From NCBI GenBank assembly GCA_951406725.2, contig OX597827.1, positions 8,804,001 to 8,868,000 of the forward strand: a stretch of DNA of 64,000 bases. The letters are read 5' to 3'. This stretch comes from Octopus vulgaris (Eukaryota). Within the stretch, counting starts at the first letter, position 1; each line of letters opens with the position of its first letter. Under the pieces are notes generated by a model, which made no database searches, was not told the origin of the DNA, and saw only the letters and a list, made by a program, of their open reading frames with translations. Shown one piece after another: positions 1-11,852 of this stretch. A program made the position numbers and the translations under genes.

Positions 1-544
1 ATAGATAGTATCTATGTTTGTTTGAATGTATGACTGTGTCTGTAGCTATGGCAACCAGTGTGTTGAGTTGTGTCCATTCATAACAAAAGTATGTTACATA
101 ACAATTCAATAAAAGATATCAACAAAACAGATATCAGACTGAAATAAGCACCAGGGATGGGTGGGGGTGGGGGTTACATGATCAACTAAAAACCCTTGCG
201 AGACATGCCACAGTATGACTGCAGTCATACTGCAAAAAAAAACATAAAAGAATAAGACACCTGTTCAATAAACATTGCATTCATGAATATTCATGAAGCT
301 GTTTTCGGTTCTGTTGTGTGGAGAAAGAGAAAGAAAACAAATCTTTTTTGGAAAGGATGTCCGTGTGTCACAGACATATTTTTTTAATAATCTAGTACTT
401 GTGTCTATGTCTTATGAAACAGGTGTATCCACAATTAAGTGTCTACATTCTTCTTCTGATAATATTACATCAGGCATGATGATAAACATCCTACATATTA
501 TATTAATTATGTCTTGCAAACAACTTGCACATGCAAGTGCTATC

Positions 545-1165
545 AGTTAAAAGCTCCGTATACCGGAAGCTAGCAAGTGTATGGGGTCATCAGGAGAGAA
601 TGCGCGCCGTTTCGGAGCTTACCTCTCGACGGCATCAATGCGCACCGGCCCCCCATCACTGATATGAGGCCCAGCTTGCTAGATCAGCCGGTTATGAAGA
701 ACTCAATATACTTCTAGCCATCGCTCATCGTCTCTTTTTAACCAAATCCAGTGGCTAGCCTTCTCCACTGTAGATTGGATATCAGTCATGGTGGTATTGA
801 CTTTACGATGAGTTAAGCCTATCGATAACAACAGTCATCTCACGCTGTGTCCAACAAACCCTCTACATCCGACTTCGATAGGCTTTCCAGCCTGCGTCTT
901 CACATTCCTCGAGGAGATTTTCATAACGGTTCAATTTTCGAGGCCGAGCGGTGTCCATATTATCTTCATGAGGAACTGTTAGCTCGACTATATTTACAAC
1001 TTTCTTTCTTTCACACCACATCAAAATATCTGGTTTTTTCGAAACTGGGATGGGAAAGAAAACCTGGCACTCAGGTAAATCTACAGTTACCTCCCAATAG
1101 CCGTTCCACTTTTCATTACAGGGTTTTGAGTGGCTTTGTCCCATCATTTATGTCTTTCAGAGATA
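545..1165 (-). mobile_element. 3' fragment of an RLE (restriction-like endonuclease) non-LTR retrotransposon, HERO-like; decayed
   Basis: ORF 863-1147 reads KPDILMW...VELTVPHEDNMDTARPRKLNRYENLLEECEDAGWKA. After a frameshift it continues PIEVGCRGFVGHSVR*LLLSIGL...EKASHWIWLKRDDERW and stops near 703. This is the PD..E..P/RK..Y nuclease signature plus the EVGCRGF and WIWLKR C-terminus of HERO-clade elements. A GC-rich structured 3' UTR follows. Confidence 0.85.
551..691 (-). ncRNA. Structured 3' UTR containing all three hammerhead core segments in non-canonical order (candidate permuted hammerhead)
   Basis: On the minus strand: GCCGUC (633-628) pairs with GAAACGGC (613-606); GAGAGG (627-622) pairs with UCUCUC (599-594), which lies directly before CUGAUGA (593-587). 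Nested helices: AUGGGG/CCCCAU, CUAGCAAG/CUUGCUAG, CCGG/CCGG. Confidence 0.45.
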
Positions 1166-1340
1166 ATAATATTTTGTGCAATTGCTATTCTTCATAAGAT
1201 TACAGTAGCTGTTGTGAACTATACTCTCATTGACCCTTGGTGTATAAACTGGACTAACATAGTTTATTTGGGATTCTCAGCTGAAAAAGGCTTTGAGATA
1301 CCAGCATCAGCAGAACCCATAAGCAATATTTGTTCAATAA

Positions 1341-1819
1341 CACTGTGTAACTAAATTTTTATTTATATTTTGTCTTTGGTCAGTGTTATTTCCTATTTGT
1401 TTCTATCTAGAAATCAAACGGAAATGTCAATTATTCCTTTCAAACTTTGCTTTTGTGATCCAGACATCAACGTTTTGAAACTGACCTATTTTCCATTACA
1501 TTTAAGACAGTTTCAGTGCTGAAGCGGAAATATCGTGATAGTAAATATTCTGCTCAAAACCACAGATTTGCTTGAGAGTAGCTTGACCTTAACCACTTGA
1601 GCATGACCCTTAGTGGCTGACATTATGTGCATCTCTGATCATGAGAAGGAATAGTGGAGGAGCATCATAGCCATGTATTGATAGGGATTCTTTGGGGTTC
1701 AGATAAATGTAACAAAAGCAAATCTTCAAGGAAATATTAGATATTTTTCATAGTTTCTAGGGGTAAGCAAATAAGAAATAACAGTGGCTACCCAAGGACA
1801 AAAATCAGGTTACACAATG
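1341..1819. mobile_element. MITE with about 120-bp imperfect TIRs (probably Tc1/mariner type), carrying an internal fragment of another repeat
   Basis: CACTGTGTAAC at 1341 versus GTTACACAATG at 1809-1819. Further inverted matches: TGTTATTTCCTATTTG/CAAATAAGAAATAACA, CTAGAAA/TTTCTAG, TTTGCTTTTGT/ACAAAAGCAAA. Confidence 0.6.
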
Positions 1820-2126
1820 TGAATTATCCACATTAACAGAATATAACTGAAAAAGAAAATTACTGGTTTTTGTCATACCGCAAACTATTAACTTTGGAGG
1901 ATGACATCGTTAGGTAGTTTACATCCTAAGGTCGAGTTTCTCAACCTTTTTACCATTAAATGAATTACATATCTCAAGGAACACATGCACAAAAAAATTA
2001 TATACCATATCTTTCGCATATATTTTGCGTCATAGTACACGTGGTAAATATCATAAATATATATGTATATATATATATGTACATGTATATATATATATAC
2101 ATGTATATATATATATATATATACAT

Positions 2127-2167
<41 letters not shown>

Positions 2168-2221
2168 AAATATATACGTTTTTATTATTATTTTGCAATT
2201 TACTTAATCATCAGTATATTT
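2168..2221 (-). ncRNA. Degenerate minimal type I hammerhead motif in a TA-flanked Penelope-like remnant
   Basis: AAAUAUA-CUGAUGA-(weak AU-rich stem II)-AAAAC-GUA-UAUAUUU. Stem I is 7 bp; G12 is replaced by A. Confidence 0.35.
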
Positions 2222-3248
2222 TTGTTATTTTAATTTTAATATTTATATTATATGTAATTATCTAGACGGTGTAACTTAATTGTTCATTTTGAATTGATAA
2301 AAGGTGTTTTTTCCTAATTTTTATATATGTATATATTATATTTTGTGAAATTTGATTTAGTATTTCTAAATTGAATTTTTCCCTGTAAGTTAGGAATAAT
2401 ATTCCCTCAAATAATTATTATTATATATATGTATATATATATATATTTTTTGTTGTTATATTTTTTGATAACAGGTTTGATAGGATGATGTCTATATTAC
2501 AACATTACAATAACCAATAATATGTTGTACATATATAGTAATATTATGATCATGAAATAAGCATTAGCTTGACTCATTCTTTCTTGTGGAACACCTAGGA
2601 ACCTTTTGCAGAACCCAGCTGAGAAACGCTGTCCTAAGGCATTCCTACCAAAAAGTTACCCAGACAGCTGTGGGTAGAATGAGTTACTTGACAAATGCAG
2701 TCATGGCTCACTTTGCAACCATGTGGCCTCGTGTTCAGTTCCACTGTGCAGAACCTTGAGCAAATGTCTTCTACTTTAGCTCCAGGTTGACCAATGCCGT
2801 GTGAGTGAATTTGGCCGGCAGAAATTGTGTGGGGGTTCATCATGTGTGTGTGTATGCATGTATACCTGTGCATGCATGTCTTGTGTGTATGTGTGTGTGT
2901 GTGTGTGAGTGAGTGTGTGTGCGCATGTGTGTGTGTGTGTATTTGTGTGTGTGTGAGTGAGTGTGTGTGCGCATGTGTGTGTGTGTGTGTGTGTGTGAGT
3001 GAGTGTGTGTGCGCATGTATATATATCTTTGTGTCTGTGTTTCTCCCTTGCCACAACTTCACAATGTTGGTTTTGTTCATGCTCTTATAACTTAGCAGTT
3101 GAGCAAAAGAGATCGATAGAATAAGCACCAGACTTGAAATTTTTAAGTCTTGTTTGACTAAACCCCTTCAAGGTGATGCTCTAGCATGGCCTCAGTTCAT
3201 TAACTACAGCAGGTAAAAGACAAAAGATTAAAGATTGAGATGAAATCA

Positions 3249-3662
3249 GCAGGAGTGGCTGTGTGGTAAGTAGCTTGCTAACCAACCACATGGTTCCAGG
3301 TTCAGTCCCACTGCGTGGCATCTTGGGCAAGTGTCTTCTGCTATAGCCTCGGGCCGACCAATGCCTTGTGAGTGGATTTGGTAGACGGAAACTGAAAGAA
3401 GCCTGTCGTATATATGTATATATATATATATATGTATGTATGTGTGTGTTTGTGTGTCTGTGTTTGTCCCCCTAGCATTGCTTGACAACCGATGCTGGGG
3501 TGTTTACGTCGCCGTCACTTAGCGGCTTGGCAAAAGAGACCGATAGAATAAGTACTGGGCTTACAAAGAATTAGTCCCGGGGTCGATTTGCTCAACTAAA
3601 GGCGGTGCTCCAGCATGGCCGCAGTCAAATGACTGAAACAAGTAAAAGAGGTAAAAGAGGTA
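3249..3662 (+). mobile_element. SINE family A (tRNA-derived, CORE-like, about 410 bp)
   Basis: Box A TGGCTGTGTGG, box B GGTTCAGTCCC, CORE-like TCTTGGGCAAGTGTCTT, internal TA/TG microsatellite and (GTAAAAGA)n tail. Near-identical to 12 other copies in the window. Confidence 0.9.
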
Positions 3663-3921
3663 AGGGTTTTACAAAATTTTCAGAGGCCATATACAGCGAG
3701 TAGAAATGTCTAAGTTGATTCCACAATGAATTTCATCTAATCAGAATGAGATGGACGCTTTATAGGATAATCTCCCCTTTTGCGACTACGGAACAAACCG
3801 GAGGATGAGTCACCTGCTTGTTTTGCCTCATATTGGCTGATTCTCCTTATTGTTTGGATGCTTTGTGAAATAGCACAACAAAGCATACATACATTTCAGG
3901 AAAAGAAAGTTTGATTTAGAT

Positions 3922-3983
3922 GAGTAGTAGTAGTAGAGGTGGTGGTGGTGGTGGTGGCGCTGGTGGTGGTGGCAGCGGCAGCG

Positions 3984-4049
<66 letters not shown>

Positions 4050-4144
4050 ACAGCAGCAGTAATAGAAATAGTTGTTGCTATAGTAATAGTAGTAGTAGTA
4101 GTAGTTGTTGCTGTAGTAGTAGTAGTAGTAGTAGTAACCGCAGC

Positions 4145-4193
<49 letters not shown>

Positions 4194-4232
4194 AGAGCAG
4201 CAGTAATAGTAAAAATAGTTGTTGCTGTAGTA

Positions 4233-4263
<31 letters not shown>

Positions 4264-4472
4264 ATGTAGTAAGAGCAGCAGTAATAGTAGAAATAGTTGT
4301 TGCTGTAGTAGTTGTGGTAGTAGTAGTAGTAGTAGTAGATGTAGTAAGAGCAGCAGTAATAGTAGAAATAGTAGTAATAGTAGTAGTAGTAGTAGTAGTA
4401 GTAGTAACAGCAGCAGTAATAGTAAAAATAGTGGTTGCTGTAGTAGTGGTGGTGGTAGTAGTAGTGGTGGTG

Positions 4473-4514
<42 letters not shown>

Positions 4515-4586
4515 ACAGCAGCAGTAATAGTAAAAATAGTGGTTGCTGTAGTAGTGGTGGTGGTAGTAGTAGTAGTGGTGGTGGTG

Positions 4587-4627
<41 letters not shown>

Positions 4628-4628
4628 T
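3922..4628. repeat. Compound (GTA)n/(GTG)n/(GCA)n microsatellite with a higher-order unit
   Basis: Trinucleotide runs punctuated about seven times by variants of CAGCAGTAATAGTAAAAATAGTKGTTGCT. Confidence 0.9.
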
Positions 4629-4629
4629 A

Positions 4630-5074
4630 TTTCTATAAAGGACACAAGGCCTGAAATTTTGTGGTGGAGGGATGATTCGATTACATCAACCCCAGTGCTT
4701 AACTGGTACTTGTTTTATCGGCCCCCGTAAAACAACAAAAGATATTATTACCCTCGGCAGAATTTGAACTTAGTTTGTAAAACCAGATGACACACCACTT
4801 TATTGTTCATCATGCTAATAGTTCTGCCGGCTCACCACCTCGATAATAAAAATAGTTCTCTCTACTATAGGTACAGTGCTTGGAATTTTGTGGGAGGTGG
4901 GTAGCAGGTGGGTTGGCTGATTACATCAATCTCAGTGATCAACAGGTGAACGGATGAAAAGTAAAGTTTCTCATGGTGGAATTTGAACTCAGAATATAAG
5001 GCCGGAAGACATGTCACTAAGCTTTTCATCCAGTGTACTGACGATACTGCCAGCTCATCATCATCATCATCATC

Positions 5075-5126
<52 letters not shown>

Positions 5127-5555
5127 TGATGATAATGATGATGATGATGATGATGATCTTTTCTGCTATAGGCACAGGGCCTGGAATTTGTGGAAAGGGG
5201 GATAGTCGATTACATTGACCCCAGTACTTGACTGGTACTTAATTTATCAACCCTAAAAGGATGAAGGGTAAAGTCAAGCTCAGATTGTAAAGATGGACGA
5301 AATGTTGCTAAGCATTTTACCCAGTGTGCTAATGGTTTTGCCAGCTTGCTGCCTTAATAATATTGATAATAATGGTTTCAAATTTTGCCACAGGGCAGCA
5401 ATTTTGGATGAGAGGATGAGTCGATTACATCAACCCCCAGTGTTCAACTGGTACTTCCCAAAAGGATGAAAGGCAAAGTCGACCTTGGCAGAATTTGAAC
5501 ACAACATAATGATTGGCAAAATGTCACACAGCATTTTGCCTGGTGTGCTAACGAC
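4630..5555 (-). mobile_element. Cluster of about four old, decayed SINE family B-related copies with (AAT)n/(GAT)n tracts
   Basis: Repeated diverged GATTACATCGACCCCAGT...CTGGTACTT...GGATGAAAGGCAAAGTC...GAATTTGAACTCAG motifs. Confidence 0.7.
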
Positions 5556-5569
5556 TCTGCCAGCTTGCT

Positions 5570-5600
<31 letters not shown>

Positions 5601-5601
5601 T

Positions 5602-6160
5602 AAATGCCCTGATGCAGTACCAGGCAGTGGCTCTCATGGCTTCTGATCTTAACTGATTGATAGTGTTATCATGTACATTGTTTTGTCTTGGTATAAAAGA
5701 TGGGCTACAGCAAATATTCTGCTCAATACCACAGATTTGCTTGCCAGTTGTTTGACCATAACCAGTCAAGCATGTCCCTTAGTGGTTGACGATATGTGCA
5801 TCTCTGATCAGGAGCAAAAGTAGTTGGGGAGCATCATAACCATGTGTTGAGAGGAATTCTTAGAGGTTTGGATAATTCACCTCTGGAAACATGGGTGTTT
5901 CGTTCAAAATCCTTAAACAATCCTTATTCAGGGACCTTTTGAGCAGGATGGGCTACTCGACCAGAAGAAAATTCTAACTGGGCCCCACCAGCAAGGTCAT
6001 GTGCTGTTTATCTTGATACGAGATCACCATGTCACGCACATGTGGTTGTGATGCATGTGCCTAGTGTACCCTTATCAGATGGGTAGTCATGATGGGTATA
6101 CTGGGCTTTGTATATTTTACCCCAGTGTCACTTTGATGACATGCACTGCTCTCTCACTCA
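5602..6160. mobile_element. Unclassified interspersed repeat embedded in (AAT)n
   Basis: Bounded on both sides by (AAT)n. Its 5712-5868 segment is also present inside the MITE at 1543-1700. Confidence 0.55.
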
Positions 6161-6163
6161 ATG

Positions 6164-6220
<57 letters not shown>

Positions 6221-7019
6221 TCTGCACCACTTCCAAAAAGTAAAAGCTCTGAAGCTAAAAGATGCATTGAAAAGACATTAAAGACATCTGGCTTCAACAA
6301 ATCTTCATTCTAATGAATGTTGTTATATATTCAAAGTGACACAAATTTTTCAGAAGACAGAAAAAGGAAAAAAAAAAGGATCTAAGAAATTCTTTAGGGA
6401 TTTTTACTCTTGCGAATCTTTATTTCAGCATTTTCCAAGCTGATGGACTATTTAATTAATAACAGAGGAGTAGGTTCTATGTTGATTAACAGAATCATGT
6501 TGATTTGTGCTATAATTACTTGCAGCAGCAATGAAAAAAGAAAAAGGGAAGTGAAAAATACGTTGCTAAAGAAAAGTACTTAAAATTCATTCACAGTATT
6601 TTGTATATGTTTATTTTTTCCCCACTTGTTATCTAAGACTTTAATTAATTGATATTTAGCTACTTTCAATTGAATTATTTATTTTTTTTAAAGAAAGAAA
6701 ATTACAATTTTGAAATGTCTTTTTTTTTTGTTTCTTTTTGTTAGTTATCTTGTAAATTCAAATCACTGTTTTCGTTATCATTACATATGATAAAAATGTA
6801 GTGATTCATCAGAACCTATAAATGGTATATTCATTTCTATACAGCCCACATTTTGTTTTTTACATTCACTTTGGCCTTCACTGCTAAAAAAATTACCTTT
6901 AATTACCAGCATTCTATGTGTGATTTTAAAATCATGTCAAAATTAATTTATGTTGCGGTCCTCACAGAAATCTAAAAATTATTCTGACATTACAGCAGTT
7001 CAATATTCCTTTCAAATTC

Positions 7020-7372
7020 TGGGGGAAGGGAATAAGTTGATAAGATCAACCCCAGTGCTCAGCTGGTACTTATTTTATTGACCCCAAAAGGGATGAAATG
7101 TAAAGTCAACCTCAGAGTAATTTGAACTCAAAAATTAATGATAGACGAAATACCTATTTCTTTACTACCCACAAGGGGCTAAACACAGAGAGGACAAACG
7201 GATTAAGTCGATTATATCGACCCCAGAGCGTAACTAGTACTTAATTTATCAACCCCGAAAGGATGAAAGGCAAAGTTGACCTTGGCAGAATTTGAACTCA
7301 GAACGTAATGGCAGACGGAATGCCACAAAGCATTTTGCCTGGCACGCTAATGATTCTATCAGCTCACCTCCA
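7020..7372 (-). mobile_element. SINE family B, head plus two bodies
   Basis: Central CTTTGCCTTTCATCCTTTCGGGGTCGATAAATTAAGTACCAG (Meta-domain-like). Internal junction at about 7144-7163. Confidence 0.8.
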
Positions 7373-7640
7373 CTACAACAGTTCAATATTGAGTACATTA
7401 TGCTTTTTAGTACCACGGTAACACACATTAACAAAGTGAAGGTAAATCTAAAAATTACAGGTAAGAATCAACAATTTTGTTCCTGCGAAGAATAAAGAAA
7501 AGGCTAACTTTTGTTCCCATTTCCTTTTACCTGATCTTATTAACATTATAAAAAAAAAAAAAACTCTTGTGTTTATCATTACAGTTTTGTCAATTCAGAA
7601 TTTCCCCATTTTACTCAATACTAGAATGTACTGTTTATAT

Positions 7641-8027
7641 GTGGAGGCGCAATGGCCCAGTGGTTAGGGCAGTGGACTCACGGTCGTAGGATCGCGGTTT
7701 TGATTCCCAGACCGGGCGTTGTGAGTGTTTATTGAGCGAAAACACCTAAAGCTCCACGAGGCTCCGGCAGCGGATGGTGGTGATCCCTGCTGTACTCTTT
7801 CACCACAACTCTCTCTCACTCTTACTTCCTGTTTCTGTTGTACCTGTATTTCAAAGGGCCAGCCTTGTCACTCTCTGTGTCACGCTGAATATCCCCGAGA
7901 ACTACGTTAAGGGTACACGTGTCTGTGGAGTGCTCAGCCACTTACACGTTAATTTCACGTGCAGGCTGTTCCGTTGATCGGATCAACCGGAACCCTCATC
8001 GTCGGAACCGACGGAGTGCTTCCATCC
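7641..8027 (+). mobile_element. SINE family C (tRNA-derived head) with tail type 1, full length
   Basis: Head GTGGAGGCGCAATGGCCCAGTGGTTAGGGC...GGTTTTGATTCCC. 11-bp TSD ACTGTTTATAT at 7630-7640 and 8028-8038. Confidence 0.9.
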
Positions 8028-8561
8028 ACTGTTTATATAGGTTAGTATTAGCAATAACTCATCAAAGAATAGTCATTAGTTAAAACCTCATTGCAATTTT
8101 CAGCAAAGGAAATAATTCAAGAAAATATTTTGCTAATGTATTCATTCATTGATAAGCAACATAACCAATATACATGTCATTATTATGTTTATAATATTTG
8201 AGTATCAACATAAAAATGTATGCCAAAGCTAGATTTGCTTAGAACAGCATTCCATTGATTCAGCATCAGAAAACAATAAAACTTTATTCATAATGAGCCC
8301 AAGTTGTTCAGAGTCTGAACCTTTGAAGAAATGCCATATGAAACAAAATAGCAAAACCAAAGTAATTGATACTGGAACTATTTACATATGAAAGAGCTTA
8401 AAACCTTTCAGATCTAATATTGAATAAAATGCCAAATTGATAAAGGAAAAAATATATATAAATAAATTAGTCCCTTCAAAATCTATGGTAAGCCAAAGGT
8501 TTTTAAATCCTTCTTGGTGTTGTATGACACCTTAAACAAAAGCTATTTCAATTATATACCT

Positions 8562-9240
8562 ATTTCTTTTACTACCCACAAGGGGCTAAACACAGAGGGG
8601 CTAAACAAACAAGGACAGACAAACGGATTAAGTCGATTACATCGACCCCAGTGTGTAACTGGTACTTATTTAATCGACCCCAAAAGGACGAAAGGCAAAG
8701 TCAACCTCAGTAGAATTTGAACTCAGGACGTAACGGCAGACGAAATACCTATTTCTTTACTACCCACAAGGGGCTAAACACAGAGGGGACAAACAAGGAC
8801 AGACAAACGGATTAAGTCGATTTCATCGACCTCAGTGCGCAACTGGTACTTATTTAATCGACCCCGAAAGGACGAAAGGCAAAGTCGACCTCGGCAGAAT
8901 TTGAACTCAGGACATACTGGCAGACGAAATACAGCTAAGCACTTCACCCGTTGTGCCAACGTTTCCGCCAGCTCGCCACCTTTATAATTTCAATTATATA
9001 CCTATTTCTTTACTACCCACAAGGGGCTAAACACAGAGGGGCTAAACAAACAAGGACAGACAAATGGATTAAGTCGATTTCATCGACCCCCGTGTGCAAC
9101 TGGTATTTATTTAATTGACCCCGAAAAGACGAAAGGCAAAGTCGACCTCGGCAGAATTTGAACTCAGGACATACTGGCAGACGAAATACAGCTAAGCACT
9201 TCACCCGGCGTGCCAACGTTTCCGCCAGCTCACCACCTTT
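8562..9240 (-). mobile_element. SINE family B array (head+body+body, plus a duplicated head+body)
   Basis: Family B sequence. ATTTCAATTATATACCT occurs at 8545, 8987 and 9244. Confidence 0.85.
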
Positions 9241-9554
9241 ATAATTTCAATTATATACCTGCAGCCAATTCCTTAACTCTGCAATGCATAATCGCATTAC
9301 AATACAATTACTTTTTGTCAACAGGCCATGCTCTACTTAATGCTATCCTAAAACAAGTCAAAAGAAGAAAGAGAGCCCATCACCTTTGAAATGATATCTG
9401 GACAGATTTCTTCAAGGGAAACAAGACAAGCCACCTTATTCCTGGGTACTTTTCAGTCAACTGGAGTTCCCTACTTGAATGGGCCATGACACCTGAAGAC
9501 TTGACTTGAATATGATTTAACAAATTCCATAAGAGTACCCCTGATGCATTGTGC

Positions 9555-9950
9555 GACATGATATGCTTGAGAAGACCTGTTGAGTCAAGTAAAACCAATA
9601 TCATAGCTGTGGCCAATGCCCACTGACCGGCTCTCATGCCAGTGACATATAAAAAGCACCAACGAGGCCAATGCCAGTACTCTCTGGCCCCCATACTGGT
9701 GACACGTAAAAAGTACTATCCAAATATGATCGATGCCAGGCCCACCTGACTGGCTCCTGTGCCAGTGGCACGTAAAAAGCACCCACTACACTCTCAGAGT
9801 GGTTGGCGTTAGGAAGGGCATCCAGCTGTAGAAACATTGCCAGATCAGATTGGAGCCTGGTGCAGCCGCTGGCTCTCCAGACCTCAGTCAAATTGTCCAA
9901 CCCATGCCAGCATGGAAATCAGATGTCAAACGAGGATGATGATGATGATA
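9555..9950 (+). mobile_element. RTE LINE 3' end (5'-truncated)
   Basis: AAAAAGCACCCACTACACTCTC.GAGTGGTTGGCGTTAGGAAGGGCATCCAGCTGTAG...CCAACCCATGCCAGCATGGAA...(GAT)n, the same 3' UTR as the coding RTE at 25937-27112. Confidence 0.8.
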
Positions 9951-10476
9951 CACACATATATATGCACACACATACATATACACACATATATGGTATGTGA
10001 AAATATATATACATATATATATATAAACGTGTATATACATATGTATGTGAGTATATATATATATGTGTGTGCTTTGTAATATGGTATATATGTTTACATA
10101 CATATATATGTATGTATGCATGTATATATACCAAAGTGTGTTTATGTACAGCCAAGTATAAGACCAATCAAACGTTAACTGAAAGAGCATTCTATACATC
10201 ATTTAAATAGATGTTTAGATAGATAGTGCACTGAATTTATATTTCACAAGAAAAAGTTTCACAGCGACTTTGAAGCTTCTCCAGTGACAGAATGATACAA
10301 GCTTAGATTATTGTGTGTGTGTGTGTGTGTGTGTGATGTAAAGATATACAAATTAACGAGAAAAACAATCAAACACTGCAACAAGTATGACTACCTTGCA
10401 GTATTTTGTTTCACCTATATTTTGCAAGCAGTCAGCAGCATCATTATCATCTTCGTTTCACTGTTTACTTATATAT

Positions 10477-10893
10477 AGGCGCAGGAGTGGCTGTGTGGTA
10501 AGTAGCTTGCTAACCAACGACATGGTTCCGGGTTCAGTCCCACTGCATGGCATCTTGGGCAAGTGTCTTCTGCTATAGCCCCGGGCTGACCAATGCCTTG
10601 TGAGTGAATTTGGTAGATGGAAACTGAAAGAAGCCCATCGTATATATGTATATATATATATATATGTGTGTATGTGTGTGTGTTTGTGTGTGTGTGTTTG
10701 TCCCCCTAGCATTGCTTGACAACTGATGCTGGTGTGTTTACGTCCCCGTCACTTAGCAGTTCAGCAAAAGAGACCGATAGAATAAGTACTAGGCTTACAA
10801 AGAATGAGTCCCGGGGTCGATTTGCTCGACTAAAGGCGGTGCTCCAATATGGCCACAGTCAAATGACTGAAACAAGTTAAAGAGTAAAAGAGT
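10477..10893 (+). mobile_element. SINE family A
   Basis: Full-length match to the 3249-3662 copy. Confidence 0.9.
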
Positions 10894-11083
10894 ATGCTTG
10901 TATGGGTCTGGTAGAGTTTTACTGAGGCAGATTTTCAATGGCTGGATACTCTTCCTGTCAACCAACCCTTAACTGTCTCCAAGCAAGGAAATATTTCCTA
11001 TCACCAAACATATTGGAAATGAATGACATTTATAACAATCATAGCAGGTGAAGGAGGCAAAAACATTCACACTCATATATATC

Positions 11084-11150
11084 TGTCAGAAGTGGGATTC
11101 GAACCCACACCCACATTCACAGACCAGAACACTTAATGTTCCGGTTAAGG
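11084..11150 (-). pseudogene. 3' half of a tRNA-Leu (CAA-type) gene with probable intron remnant; 5' half missing
   Basis: Minus strand reads TTCTGGTCTGTGAATGTGGGTGTGGGTTCGAATCCCACTTCTGACA, matching the eukaryotic tRNA-Leu(CAA) 3' exon (TTCTGGTC-long variable arm-GTGGGTTCGAATCCCACTTCTGACA). No CCA. It abuts an RTE tail. Confidence 0.7.
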
Positions 11151-11152
11151 TG

Positions 11153-11330
11153 CATTACACTCTCGGAGTGGTTGGCGTTAGGAAGGGCATCCAGCTGTAG
11201 AAACTCTGCCAAATCAAGATTGGAGCCTGGTGCAGCCATCTGATTCACCAGCCCTCAATCAAAATCGTCCAGCCCATGCTAGGCATAGGAAAGCAGGACG
11301 TTAAATGATGATGATGATGATGATGATGAC
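11153..11330 (+). mobile_element. RTE LINE 3' tail
   Basis: ACACTCTCGGAGTGGTTGGCGTTAGGAAGGGCATCCAGC...GGACGTTAAA(TGA)n. Confidence 0.8.
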
Positions 11331-11852
11331 ATATACCATAAAGAAATCATAAATCCCAAAACAGAAGCACACTTTAAGTTATAGAGTAGTGGAGTAATTA
11401 GATAAAGGTAGTTATAGCCAGTCTATGGGGTTACCCTGCGTTTCAGATCCATAAAGCACTTAGCTTTATGGCTTATCCTCAGTTGCTAATGGCCGGTAGC
11501 CTATAACCTCTCTCCAAAGTGGAGAGAGAAAATATGTATATGTGTGTGTGTGTGTACATGTATATGTATGTGTGTGTGTGTGTGTGTGTATGTATATATA
11601 TATATATATATACAGTGATACCTAGCAGTACAAGTTTAGTTCGTTCCGTAACTGAGCTCATATTATGATTTACCTGTTTTACAAATCAATTTTCCCCTTT
11701 GAAATTAACTAAAATATAATTAATCTGTTCTAGCCCCCAAAAACCACTCAAAAAAATTTTTTAGGGGTTTTAAACCAAAAAAAAGCTATAGTTACAAATA
11801 AAATGACAATTATAAAAAAAAGAATGCAAAAGAAATACATAAAGAAATACAT

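Noticed and set aside
3896-4730. Thr-rich mucin-like and Ser/Val-rich ORFs
   Set aside because: Open in several frames on both strands of a trinucleotide microsatellite, with no signal peptide or splice context.
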